Source: Amoebidium appalachense
Lineage: Eukaryota > Protista > Ichthyosporea
Direction: 5' to 3'
NCBI GenBank assembly: GCA_963693365.1
Contig: CAVNZM010000016.1
Location: 5,634,543 to 5,698,542 of the forward strand
Length of the DNA stretch: 64,000 nucleotides
Shown here: piece by piece, positions 1-30,718 of the stretch
How the letters are laid out: each line of letters begins with the position of its first letter
How positions within the stretch are numbered: the first letter of the stretch is position 1
Translations under genes and position numbers: made by a program
Notes under the pieces: model-generated
What the model was told of the DNA's origin: nothing
Seen by the model: the letters and a program-made list of their open reading frames with translations, nothing else
The model's database searches: none

Positions 1-1635
1 GGGTCACGTTACCGACGCATCCGATTGGCCGGACGCTAACTGTTTGTTATTGTTTCTGGGCTGCTGGCCCTGCAAAAATTTGTTTATCAAAATGATAACA
101 TGGGAAACACTTATTTCTTCAAGTTTACATGTGATCCTTTAGACATATGTACAAGTTATGATTTATGTTTGTTTTTTGGCTCGGTTTTAAATTGGGAGTA
201 ATAATGGAGCACGCGTTGATAATCTACTCAGTGTTTGGCCCTCATTGCTGAGGCACATGGGCGGTTTATGTTATCACCCCATGATCACGCAAACATTGCC
301 AATAAAACAAAACCCTTTTAAAGTATATCTTGGAAATATCCATTCTCAACGGTCTCAATGATTTATAATATAGCTTGACTTAGGCGAGCTCACGACGGTA
401 ACAGTGCTCTGTCCCGATAAGAAGATCTGGTAGAAAAATTTGTTAAGCAATTTACTTGATTTTCAGCACTTCAAGGTCAAGTTAAGGCACATGCCACTTG
501 TAGAGGGTTTGGCGCGGGTCGCCGGGCGGTTACCTGCAGGTTGGGATAGCTCAAATTTGCAAACAGAACACCTGTAAATTCCAGTTATATACAAACGTGA
601 CAAAACTATTTACATGAGTCGAAGCATCACACGAATCATTATGCTAAAGTGCAATAAAATATATCGATACCAATAGACAACTGTTTCACAATTTCATGCC
701 ACGAGTCGTCTGATTATTCTCTACAAGTAGGCATTGTATTGGTTTGCACTGAAATGTACAGCTGAGGCAACTGCGAGGTTGCACATTTTCACGCGAACTC
801 TATGCTAGTCGGATCCTATTGGTGATAAATCACACGTTTATACGAGTGACCTGTAAACTGTCCTGTTTATACATATGTGTGATACACCACCAATCGTTGA
901 AAGCATTGGGAATTTAGAATTTTTTGGACGCTGTCACTTAGGAAGTGCGCAATAATTTTGGCATCTTTATTTCAATTCGCCATTACAGAACAATAAAAGC
1001 ACTTTAGATTGCTTTTTCTCTTTGAAAACGTTGTTTTCCTCATACATAAGAAACTGTCGTTACCAAAATGTGTGTAATGTGAACGGAACCGTCCCTTGGC
1101 GCTGAAATGCTGACGCAGGCAGAAGCCAATCATTATGCGCCTATCTGACCTTCCCAGATGCCGCCATGTTGAATCACGTGCCCACATCTGTCGTTCAGCG
1201 ATTTTGCTGTGTATTTTTTTTAAAGCGTGGCGTGCGAACCGACACAGAATTCGGTGTTGCGTGGGTTCGGTTGTAGGTAGCGGCGGGGTGGTATACGTGA
1301 GAGAAGAGGTAGCTTCTAAGGTTTTTTGGATGTGTTGGTTTGTGTGGAGTTATATGCTGGTTAGTTTTTGCCGCTAACAATTGAAAAGTGTGCCACTGGC
1401 CATCCTTAGGTTGGTGTGTCGGTTTTAACTAATTTCGGCATTTTAACATCTTGTCACCTTTTCTTGCGTTTATCCGCCGTTGTCTTGACTCCGCACCCCC
1501 ACCCGCACACCAAGTCATCACGCCAACTGCTTGGTGATAGTCGTTCTCATACCGTACCTAGTCCCAACTGAACCTATATAGTCCTCCGGTTAATTTTCAA
1601 GGCTTGTTCGATAGAGGCAGTGTCAAAGTTAAAGA

Positions 1636-3370
1636 ATGGCAGGGACAACAACCAAGTTGAAAAAGGGACTCCGTTCCCCTCGCTCCACTAGTCCTGGGAG
1701 GCAGCTGAGCTTTACTGGTGAGTGTGAAAGGACGTGTGTGTGTGGCTGCATGTGTTAACCTATTTATTTAAATTTGGCGCTTGGAGATGTAAGGTTGAAA
1801 GTAACATGTTGCATCTTTGTGGTGCAAAGTTGCTTATCTCTTTGTAAGAGGTTGTATCTTAGGTATGTGTGTGAACGGTTTCAGGGGAGTGAGGTATGAC
1901 GACAACGTTTTAACTGTCGGTGCATGACGGGCTGTTTTACTTTTGGTGTTTTTCAATTTTTGCTTTGAGGCTGGGGGGGGGGGAGGGGAAAGAGAGGGGG
2001 GAGGGTAAGGGGAAGCTAGATAGGCTTTTTTTTTTCATATTGTTATGACAGCTCGCCCAGACAGAAGTGCTATTGTAGAGCACAAACATGACATCAGGTT
2101 CCTAGGTCACTTTCATTGTGCACACACACCGTTTACTACTATAAGAATCACCTGCCCTTACTCCACCATAAGAGAACATGCGTACAGTGGGAGCCCCCCC
2201 CCTGCACACATATTTTCTTATGGTGGAGCAAGGTACCAACGTCTTGTGTCTCTGTGCTCTTGCCGTCCTTGGATACCGAAGCATGTGGATGGCTACTATT
2301 TTCTTTAATATTTGGCTACATATGCCCTCCTACCCCCCCCCCCCCCTCTTCCCCCGGCCCGCTCCCCCGTGTTCTACTTGGCTTTCTCATGGCATTGGCA
2401 ATAAGCCGGGGGGAGGGGGGGGGGGGGGGAGGGGGAAGATGGGTGGGTTGGGGGGCCAGGGGAGAGGGGGGGGGGGGGGGGGGCGGGTACTGGACGTCCT
2501 TCTTTACGATAGTTCAGGGAGGATGAGGGGAAAGGTGTGATTCACTGAAGAGGACGGGCTGTAAAAATAAGCATGTGTGATGTGTATTATTATGTTGGGA
2601 TATGGCCGTCGTTGCATAAAGACGAAATCCCCATGCTATTGTGTGTCAGTACATGTCCTCCTACCTAGTTCTCAAATCCTGCATTCTTTTAAACATGCAA
2701 ACTGTTTGCACGTTTCAATAAAGATGTGTCATATGTTAGGGAGAGATAGAGAATGTGTGTGTGTGTGTGTGTGCGCGCGCGCGCGCGTGCGCGTGCGTGT
2801 GTGTGTGCGCGCGCGTGTGCGCGTGTGCGCTCGCGTTAGCTCATTTTCCGTTAGTCTTTTGCTCTTGCCCACAAAGCCAACTACCTTTTTCTCACACAGG
2901 CATGCTTCGCCTTTAATGCGTAACATTCTGCAGTATGCTGACACGTTTCTACTCTTTCAGCTAACACTTCCTTCCTTTGCGCCACACACACCTTCGAAAC
3001 CCACCATACCCAACATTGTTAAGCATATTTGGCACCCCACACCACAAAACCAACCATACTAACAAAGTGTATCTCAAAGCACACGTTATCTAAAATTTCC
3101 ACAATAACAAACTATTGTCTTTTATTGCAGTTGGTGTAGACCTGTACCAGAGTCTAAAGCCCGTAGACCGTGTAATCCTGTCCTACCTCGTCATCACCAC
3201 CCCACTCCTCTTCATTACCCCATCATGGAGGAGTGTTGTGTGGGACGGTTTCCTTATTCGTCTTCTTCTTGTTCCCACCACGCTGGCCCTGAGACACTTT
3301 TTGGCTACCCATCTCCCTGGAGGTAAGAAACATGTGTTTTTCGTGCCTTTTATTTTGGGTGGGTGGGTGG

Positions 3371-3401
<31 letters not shown>

Positions 3402-3481
3402 CGCGGGGGGAGGGGGAGAGAGGGAGGGGGGGGGGGGGGTTTGTTTTATGAGCATGTTTGTTGCGCATTATGTTTGGCTGC

Positions 3482-3512
<31 letters not shown>

Positions 3513-3770
3513 GCGGGCACGTGCGTGCGTGCGTGCGTGTGCGCGCGCGAATGTGTACGTGGATGTGGTTGGATGTGCGCATGTGTTTTGCTTCGTGGGT
3601 GGGTGGATAAGTGGGTGGTCATGGTGTGCATGGGTGGTTTACTTAACCCTCCTCCCTCTCCGCTCCCTCTCTCTGCCTCTCTTTCTCTACCACGAGCAGC
3701 AGCGGCAGCACAGCAAATCCACACACACACACACACACAGACACACACGCGCACACTCGCACACTCACTT

Positions 3771-3820
<50 letters not shown>

Positions 3821-4173
3821 ATGCATATATGCATGCATGCCCATGCACGCACACCCCTGCGCACATGCACACGCATGAACACACAAACACACGTACACAC
3901 ACACTCAGCGGACGACCAATGTAAGCACCGAACATCTTTTGGCAGCAGACAAGTCACCCTAAACCCGTCACGGTTGGCGGCGTTTTGGCTCGACGTCTAC
4001 CCTCTGATCACATGTGTGTATCTCTACTCAGAGGACGGAAAGGTGAGTGCAATAGTTTAATGAAGGGTTATGATATCAAAACTCTAATGAAACACAGTAT
4101 CTTCCTCTCTTTCTCTCTCTCTCTCCCTGTGTATGTGTGTGTGTGTGTGTGTGTGGACGGGTGTACGTTTGTT

Positions 4174-4247
<74 letters not shown>

Positions 4248-4650
4248 ACACCTGTGCATGTGCGGATGTGTGCGCTTATTCGAGTGTTTTTTCACATATG
4301 CTCCCCAACTCTACAGGTGATCCAAAACCTGTACGGTGGGCTGTGGTTCATCGATGAGTTTTTGCACCAGATAGACTTCAACTGGTTTGGCGTCGATCCG
4401 AAAATCGGCATCGGCGCTCAGTTGAGATCGTGTGTATTCGTTCCTCCCCCCTCCCCTCCCCCCCCCCCCCCCCCTCCTCTCCCTCGTGGACACGAACACA
4501 GTCACACACACACACACATAAACAAATACATAAATACTCGTATGTATGCACACACGGATACGCGAGCGTGTGCGCGGGCGCGCGACACACACACACACAC
4601 ACATGCCTTCACCTTTACCCCTTCACGTACGCAGGCACACCGGCGCGTAG

Positions 4651-4717
<67 letters not shown>

Positions 4718-4726
4718 GGCGCGTAG

Positions 4727-4805
<79 letters not shown>

Positions 4806-4933
4806 CACATGCACATGCACATGCACATGCACATGCACATGCACATGCACACATGCACACACACCGCATAGGGACATACCCATAGGATTTGTAGGCTTTT
4901 TCAGTTCTTATAACATGCTGCTATCCGTCCATC

Positions 4934-4968
<35 letters not shown>

Positions 4969-5582
4969 CTGAGGATGGGCTCTGCTTATGACGCATACTG
5001 TGCACATGGCTGATGTTGCATACTTGAATATTTGCCTTTGCATGTGTCCTGCACCATGCTTCTCGTCGTGTATGCGTACTTCGTACCGTGTTCCGCATTC
5101 AAACCCCCCCCCCCCCCCCCCCCCCTTCCTCCCTCTGTTCAAGTGTCTTCTGCCTGCACACTTCTCATTTTTGTGATGTTTTTGTTGTTGCTCTTTGTTG
5201 TCTCCTCCATATTTCCAACCCTCTAATGCATACATCACCCCCCCCCCACCTCCGCCCCCTTGCTCCCATACCCCACCTCCTCCCTACCAACACTTTTGCA
5301 TTACCCACCTGTTCTGGTCCCCTTGGTTCGCCCATTTGCTTCATGTTTCTCAATGTCGGCCCTCAGACCCCTGGATCCCTTTTCTCTTACACTTTGGATT
5401 GTCTTCCCCACTCCTCTCGTTCTCACACACAGAACACCCATTTACCCACATACACAGACACACGTGTACTTTCCTACCCTGCTCATGCACATACGCTCAA
5501 TACATAACATACACGTACCATGACCCCCAATTATGTTTCTAGCCATATTCTCGTTTTTTGGGATCATTTCGTTGGTTTTATG

Positions 5583-5617
<35 letters not shown>

Positions 5618-5633
5618 CCCCCACAGGCACACG

Positions 5634-5679
<46 letters not shown>

Positions 5680-5927
5680 AAAACACCACAAAGAAAAAAA
5701 AATTTGCACATGTGCGCGCACGCACACACACACATTGCACGAACACCACCGTGGATCAATCCACACATTCCTACTCTTGCTCTCTTGCCACCCTTGCCGT
5801 TTGCCGCTCTCCTCGTCGTGTTCCAATGTACCATTCCTCATGCTTATGTCACAGTTGCCCTTACCCATCCACACATAATATCCCCCCCCCCCCCCCCCCC
5901 CCCCTCGGGTACGTCGTAGCAGTTGTA

Positions 5928-5963
<36 letters not shown>

Positions 5964-6273
5964 CCCCTGGAGAGTCGTAGATACGCGGGCTAAGGGGTCG
6001 AAACTCAGACGCAATTGATGACTTGTGCCCTCCCTGAGGATGGGCTCTGCTTATGACGCATACTGTGCGCATGGCTGATGTTGCATACTTGAATGTTTGC
6101 CTTTGCATGTGTCCTTCGTGTATGCGTACTTCGTACCGTGTTCCGCATTCAAACCCCCCCCCCCCCCCCCCCCTAACGGGGGGTCTTTTTCCCAACTCCC
6201 ACCTTCCCTCCGATGTACCATTCCCTTTTCTGCACATCTGCTCCGTCACCATGTACTCAAGCTTTACCCCCCT

Positions 6274-6313
<40 letters not shown>

Positions 6314-6429
6314 TTCTCTCTCTCTTCCCCTCCCCACCCCTTTCCACCCGATTTAAAGTTTACTTCATACCCTGCTAAACATCCTAACCCCCCCCCCCCC
6401 CCCCCCCCCCCCCCTCTCCCCATCCCCCC

Positions 6430-6472
<43 letters not shown>

Positions 6473-6621
6473 GACGGGTGCGGGGTTCAACGTGTGGTTT
6501 GGGGAGTACATGCACTTCTGCTACTTTGCCTTCTACTTCATCCTGGGCGGCACATGGCCCCTCATCTGGCTGCTGTGCCCACGGGAGCAGTTTGACCGCA
6601 CTACAACAGGTAAAAAAGCCA

Positions 6622-6696
<75 letters not shown>

Positions 6697-7837
6697 AGAG
6701 AGAGAGAGAGAGAAAGAAACCCCAACCCACCCACCCGTCCCGGTCTTCTCTTCCCAAGTCTGCTTTTGTGTCCAACACCCTTCCCCCCCTCCCCCCTCCT
6801 CTCCCCTTCCTGTCCTGTCGGGGACCACTTGCACGTTTATCTTTTTGTCGTTATGTCTGTCTTTCTGCACATATGGTTATGTCAGGGATCGGAAGAATGG
6901 ATGAAGATTGTGACATGCCTCCTGAAGGTTTTTTTCTTTCTTTTTCTTTTTTATTTTTTTTTTTTTTGGGGGGGGGGGGGGGGGGTTGGCTAGGCTACTC
7001 TAGCACATGTCTACCATGACTTGGTCAATCCGTGTTCTCTGCATGATCTCAAGGTAATCACAGCAGCTTTCAAATATCCACTAGCTTACATACCTCGTCC
7101 CCGAAAGGACGAATACAGTCCATACAGCCACCGACATTTCACTAACATACTTATCCCTGCATCCATCAAGAAATGTATGCATTATTATCTATCCATTAGC
7201 TTGCATATCCCGTTTTTCCAGTGACAACCATATTTTTGTACATCCACTAAGACACATATCCGGTATATCCACTAACAAATTTATCCCGTCCCACCGCAGT
7301 TGTCACCCTCACCTACCTGTCATGCCTCGCATGCTACCTCATCATGCCCGCCAAGGGCCCCTTTTGGACATATGGTCCCCCCGCACCGGGTGAAGTTGGT
7401 GTATTTTTCTCGTATATCACACACGCAATTGATGAAAGTGGTAGTAGCCGTGGCACGGCCATGCCATCTGCCCACTGTGGGCTGACGATGGCTAACTGGC
7501 TGTGTGCTATGCTCTACTTGTGGCCCCTGGCTGCTATATACATGCTTGTGGCTCCCGGGTTGATCTTTTCTACGAGTATGTGATGACCCATTCCCCCCCC
7601 CCCCTCCCCCCCCCTTTTCCCCACCTCTTCACATCTTTTTGCGCGTGGTTCTTTCTTCCTCCACACACACACGCTCTCTGTTAGCCTTCTCCCCTCCCTT
7701 TGCTCCTTTCACCCCACCTTCCTCACTCCCCCCCCCCCCCCCCACACACACACACACACACACACTCTCTCTCTCTCTCTCTCTCTCTCTACCTCTACCT
7801 CTCTCCTGTCCAATCCACTCTCCCTTCCTCCCTGCTA

Positions 7838-7869
<32 letters not shown>

Positions 7870-8703
7870 TTCTCTCTCGACTCTTTATCCTGGATTTGTT
7901 TGCTTGATGCTGTAAAACATACAGCACAAGAGCGTATAGAAGATTTCGAATAGTAGAATGCATCTCCCCTCAGTGTTTTTCGTATACCACGAAAAGTGCA
8001 TAGGTAAGTGTGGTGGAGCAGTGATCGTTCGAGGACATGCTTTGAAACTGTTCTTTGTATGCCTGTGGACAGACATGGAGACAAATGAGGAAGGGTAGGG
8101 GGGTTTGGGAGGGGAGGGGGAGGGGGGTTTATATATGGTAGTTTTTGTAGGGGAGGGGAGGACTAGAGTGTGTGTTTACGCGTGTGCATGCGCGCGCGCG
8201 TGTCGCGCGCGCGTGTGTGTCTGTGTGTGTATATGTTTGTGTGTGTGCGGGGGCATGTGTGTGTGCGCGCACACACGTGTATGTGTTTAAAAATGGTTTT
8301 TGGAAAGGGAAGAGGTGGTATCGTTCTATCATTTTTTCCCAGTCACTAACATGTGTATGCCATAGTGTGGTGTGGGTTCCACTATGGTGTAGACTCCCTC
8401 TTCGGCTGTCTGGTGGGTGGGCTCTGCTGTGTGGTTGGTGTGTGGATGGCCAAGAACACGACATACCACTTCCCGCAATGCGACGACAAATATAGAGATG
8501 GTTTTGCACGCCTCCCGGTCTATGTCGTTCCCGCACCGGGGGCGATGGCTCAGAATTGGCCGAATGCCGATGTCGACATGGTCGATTCAGGTATGTGTTC
8601 GGAGTGGTTTTGTGGCTTTTTTATTGGTTGGCGGGGATACGGGGGGGGGGGGGGGGGTTGATTGGTGGGTGCTTTTTGTTTTTGTTTTTGTGAGTGTGTG
8701 TGT

Positions 8704-8738
<35 letters not shown>

Positions 8739-8943
8739 ATATGGTGGTGCGGATTACTGATTATCGTGCATTTTGTGTTGTGACATTCCAAGCTGCTGTT
8801 TCTTTCTCTGTGCATTGTTTTCCACACGTGCACCGACACTCCCATGCTTGTGTGTACGATCGTGTGCATGTGTGCGTGTGCGTGTGTGTATTCGTGTGTT
8901 GCTTCTGGCATCATATTGTGTGTGACCTGCAGCCGTTTGTCTG

Positions 8944-8983
<40 letters not shown>

Positions 8984-9041
8984 ACACCACCCCAACCTCA
9001 CTTCATACACACCCATGCACACACGCTCGTGTGTGCGCGCG

Positions 9042-9097
<56 letters not shown>

Positions 9098-9236
9098 TGA
9101 CTCGCTGTCACCCACACGGACCTATTCGGATATTGAGATGAACTCCCCCCCCACGGCGGTAGCACACAACGGATCCATGGATGCTCGTAAGACAAAACAC
9201 TGCAAACAGATATACATCCTTGAAGAACAAAACTAA
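1636..9236 (+). CDS. PAP2_3 / Aur1-like (inositol-phosphorylceramide synthase-like) multi-pass membrane phosphotransferase, 8 exons, ~433 aa
   Basis: Phase-consistent GT-AG exons 1636-1717, 3131-3322, 3909-4042, 4317-4429, 6470-6609, 7300-7575, 8366-8590, 9097-9236 (1302 nt, ends TAA). The translation has several TM segments and the motifs 'IDFNWFG', 'EYMHFCYFAFY', 'CYLIMPAKGP', 'AMPSAHC' and 'GFHYGVD'. These match the PSxH and HxxxD catalytic motifs of the lipid phosphate phosphatase/Aur1 family. Confidence 0.85.
4966..5103 (+). repeat. Dispersed intronic repeat, copy 1
   Basis: CCCTGAGGATGGGCTCTGCTTATGACGCATACTGTGC...GTTCCGCATTCAAAC-polyC. It is near-identical to 6031-6153 and related to ~14665-14810. 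Confidence 0.75.
5995..6153 (+). repeat. Dispersed intronic repeat, copy 2
   Basis: Same core as 4966-5103. The 5' part GTCGAAACTC...GATGACTTG matches ~14665-14695. Confidence 0.75.
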
Positions 9237-9485
9237 TATCCTTTTGTTTGCTCCCTATCTTCTCTTTATGGTGTTATGAACATGATAAGAGTGTACTCTT
9301 TTACTAGATTATACTCTTTTACTTTCCCTCTGTTTCGGATTAATATCACGCGATATGTTGTTGCGGGGTTTTGTGATTGGCGGATGTACTATATTATTTG
9401 GCATGGTCATATACGGGTGGTGTTATTAGGAGAACTCTTGGCTTAATTGGATGTATATATATACACATACACACACACGCACGCA

Positions 9486-9550
<65 letters not shown>

Positions 9551-12040
9551 TTTTATTGGGGTTGAAGCTCCCCTGCTACACACATACACACACGCACGTT
9601 TCAGTTGATATATACTTAACCACACACACACACACACACACACACACTCGCACTTGCACACAAGCGTACACACACACACACACACAAGCACACAGCACAC
9701 ACTTCCACCTTTTGCCTTCACTCACCCTTAGAAGGTATAATTTTCAACCAAGAACATGTTTCTCAACACTATTACCCTTTTACCTTTTCTTTTCTTTCTT
9801 TTTTTTGCCTCCTGATTATCATAGTTTACTCCTTGAACTATATTAGGTTACGGGATAATTCACCATATGATCCCCCTGCCTTTTTTAAGTGCAAGTCTTC
9901 ATTCATGTTTATAATAGTTTGTGTGGGCGTGTGGGTAATGTTTTTGACGAGAGAGACTGGTCTGAGAGTCTGAGAGAATGGTGTAAGTATACAGGGTAGG
10001 ACTAATTAAGCATGGGTGCGCGATCTTGCGCCAATGATAACGTTAAAACGGAGCACATATGTAGGTTTAAGGGTGGAATGTGCACCATTGCCATGACGTC
10101 ACACGAGCAGTAGCCAGGAATGCATACATATGCGACTGCTGTGCATGTGCAGGGCATAGGCAACACCCAAATTGGGAATGAATGCTCGGCGGGCCATATA
10201 ACCCGCGGGCCCAATAAAGAGAATGATACATTTGTTGCTTTTATCTGATCATGTCATTGAGTGAGCTTTTAGACGGAGTCACCCGAATACATTTTATAAA
10301 GGAAAAAGGTGACATTACATATACTCAAATGTACATTGCTTGTACGTACAACATAATGGGATTGAGGTAGGCTAGCTGTGGATGCATGTGGTGCATCAAT
10401 ACATACTATAAACTAAAAAAAAAGTAGGAATATGTAGTTGCAGTGGTGAAGAGATGAATATTCTTGACTTTAAACTTCACTTTTACTTCGATCTCTTAGC
10501 TGTCACGTCAACTTTTTTCCCGATTCTTCACCATGGCAGGTATATAAAGGCTTTCGTTTTTTCTTTTTGTGGTGGGAAGGGGTCCCACTCAGGGGAACGT
10601 GACACTGTGTGTGTGTAGTGCGGCCTTGTCTATTCCTACTGCTGTGAGAGTGTGGGGACATCTCCCTTCCGCGGAGTTTCTCGCTTGAGGAGTGGTTTCT
10701 TCCATCTGGTGGCCCACTGCAACTTACGGTGACTTCTACACGCTATCTACGGTTCTACGCGAGCTATTGGCGGTGGGCTGCTGCATCTTCTTCAACTGCT
10801 TCTGCGCTGCGTGAGTGGAGGGGTAGCTACCGGGTCGTCGAGGAGCTTTCCTTGTGGCTGCCGTGTTTTCAGCCTTCAGCAGTATGGCAATGACTGGGTT
10901 TGCTTGCATGCATTCTGTAGTTGTGTTTTCCTGTGTGTCCTGCCACAACTAGGCCACCTTATCAAAGAGTTAGAGACAGCATCTGCGGGTTTTATAGGAG
11001 ACGGGCCCGTGGGGACTGTTTTCTCGCTCGGATTTGGTCTGCATTGCTCTTTAAAGGGCTGACTTGCTTGCTGTGCCCCGGTAGGCTTTGAGGGGGGCCT
11101 GTTGGGGGGCAGCAGTAATGATGTCTTCTTGCGGAGTGTGGCCTGGTCATCATCGCTGCATATGATCATGACTAGTTGGAGCAAACTAGTTTCACGCATA
11201 CACGTGCACTTGTACCTTTGCCCGCTGGTGTCCGTTGGTCACTTGTTGTTTTATTTTTTATTTCATCGCTGTGGCTCTTTCGAAGTCGGTTATTTTGGTG
11301 GTCATGCATATGTAGCCTGTGGCTGCACGTTGCCTTCATATCCACTGGACCACTGATCAATAAATCCCAGTCAAGAGAAAAAAATTTCGATCTCAAGAGT
11401 CAAGACCGTCACGTGATAGGAACATGGCCTTTCCTTTTATATTTTTGGGGGTAAAAATCCTGCCCGCCTGCCCCTCCCCAAATACCTTCCCGCCTCCTCG
11501 GCGAGTCCTCGCCTCCCTGAGAAATCCCCCCACCCTCCGTCCCGTACCTCCACACCCCCCTTCCCCTAGGCCTCCGAGGCTCCCTCTCCCCCTTCCGACC
11601 AGCAACCCCCCCCCCCCCCCCCCCCGCACCCCTCCCAGTCCCCCCCGTCCTCAGGATCCCCTTCCTACCCTCGAGCGCATATGGTGAACGGTGAGTTTGT
11701 ATGGGTGGCGACCACGTGGTTTTGGATGGGTGGATGTTCCCCCCCGGGCCCCTCCCCACCCACCGAGCCCCCACCTCTCCCAGCTCCGGGGCGGAAAAAA
11801 AAAAAAAGACGTGAATTGATCGAACCATACACTGCATGCCCATGGGTGACATGTACGTATACCCGCGCGGCCATGCATGCATAGCCAGATGACAGTGGCG
11901 CCAATTGACGCCAAGTTCGAGGAGGCCCCACATGAACAGGGTGGGCCGGCTGGCCAGGGGTGAAGCATTGACTCATTGAAGTTGAGCCAACACGGTGTCA
12001 TGACGGAGTGTATACTGTCTGGAAATAAAATCCTCTGGGC

Positions 12041-12071
<31 letters not shown>

Positions 12072-12864
12072 TACAGCGCGCCGCGGCATACTCTGCTACT
12101 GTATTTGCTACAGATGTGCAATAGGGGGTTTACGCTGGTGACTCGAGGCAAAGAGAGACCAGTCTCAGGCATGGGGGGTTTTTGCTCGGAATATCCCCTA
12201 GCGGTATATCATGATCACGTACATAGATGTCGGGTGATGATTATATATCAGGGTTTACTTTCTCTACGAGACACCATAAAGACTAAGAAATTTTTTTTTC
12301 TTTTGACTCGGTTTTATTGATCCGTTGATGAAGAAAATCAATTAAAAATAGTTGGGGTTCCCCGTAGCTGATGCTGTGCGGAGTGGTGCAGTTTCAGCCA
12401 ATCAGCAATAGGTTGTTGTTGACATTTTTGGCGCGTTTTGGTTGGTGCGCATTTTTTGTCCCTTCGCCCTTGTCGTTTTTGTTTAGTCGTTTTTGTTTTT
12501 GCAGGCAGAAGAGTCTCTTGAGTTATATGGGATATCTTTCTTTGTACAGGAAATTGGCACATTGCCTAATGAAAATCAGCACATCCACACCAGTGTGTAG
12601 ATACTAGCTGGGAAAAGGCATATTCTGCACCTGCTCCCCCAAACCATCACTTGCGAGTCTTCGGAACAAATTGCATGTCGTCTATCTCAATTGCTGCAGT
12701 CGCAGCCCACCACTAGCCAGCAGAGTAGTACAGTCGAAATCATTGGAATATTCGACCAAATATATTCTGGTAATACTCTGTGGCCTTGTTATGAGTACTA
12801 GCACATGGCCACTGCCGATGTTTTCCCTTTCAGGCTTCTTCGTTAATTGGCAACCAAGGTGCTT

Positions 12865-13126
<262 letters not shown>

Positions 13127-13385
13127 AGCTCCACCCCCCTCCTCCCCCCCTCGCCCCCCCTCTCATCCTTCGGCTGCTCTCCCGCTGCGCTTAGTACGAA
13201 CCCACATCTCTCCACTTCAAACATACTCGGTGCCACTGCGCGGACATTCATCAAATCCAACAGGCATGCCGTAAACACACCACACTCCCACTCTCTATCA
13301 TAACACCCAACGCGTCCATGGTTTTCTCCATGCATACACACCCAAATATTCATTTACCAATATTTTTTCCGAACGCTGCTTCGCC

Positions 13386-13423
<38 letters not shown>

Positions 13424-13436
13424 CTCCCCCGAACCC

Positions 13437-13467
<31 letters not shown>

Positions 13468-13588
13468 AAAAAAAAAAAAGAACACACACAAACAAACACA
13501 CACACTGCCGCCCAACCTTGAATAACAACACCCGTATCCTCACCCATCACCTCTCCTATTCATCTCGCAGCTACATCAAACATCGAAA

Positions 13589-30146
<16,558 letters not shown>

Positions 30147-30249
30147 CTGGTGTTATGGGTGATGTTGAAACCTTTGATACAAGCGACTCGACCTCAACAC
30201 TTCGGAGCTCTACAACCCAGCCCCTAATACAACGCGTGTGCGGAGAAAC

Positions 30250-30286
<37 letters not shown>

Positions 30287-30718
30287 CTCCCTCCCTCCCT
30301 CCAGTTGGATTGCTGCTTGATACATATGCTCAGGGAGGAGACCCTGTGAGACAATCCTTAGATTGAGACATGGGCAGACCATGTTTCGGTAGTATTGCCA
30401 TGGTATTGTAGGAATGGTGCAGGAAAGCATGTGCGTGTAACTGTTAGTACACACCCGAGAGATAGGCTTTTGGTATTAGGAGCATGTAGGCATGCTCGCG
30501 AAAACAGATACTGTAAGCGGTGAACCGCGATGCGGTTGAATATATAATTCTCCGTCTTGAACCTTTCAGCACGGCGAATGTTTAATATTATTATTGATTT
30601 TATTTTTTTATTTTTGCTGGATCCGTTACATTTGACTCCTTGCCCCAGTTTCCGGACAAATAAATATAAATACCCACGGCTAATCTCTACTCAAGTTGTT
30701 CCACGTGTACGTACAAGT

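Noticed and set aside
1-1100. Possible DNA transposon end or promoter elements upstream of the PAP2 gene
   Set aside because: No matching TIR, TSD or ORF is visible within the window, so it cannot be supported.
12600-12660. 'SQVMVWG' on the minus strand resembling the Tc1/IS630 DDE 'VMVWG' motif
   Set aside because: No surrounding DDE motifs or TIRs could be found, so it is likely chance.
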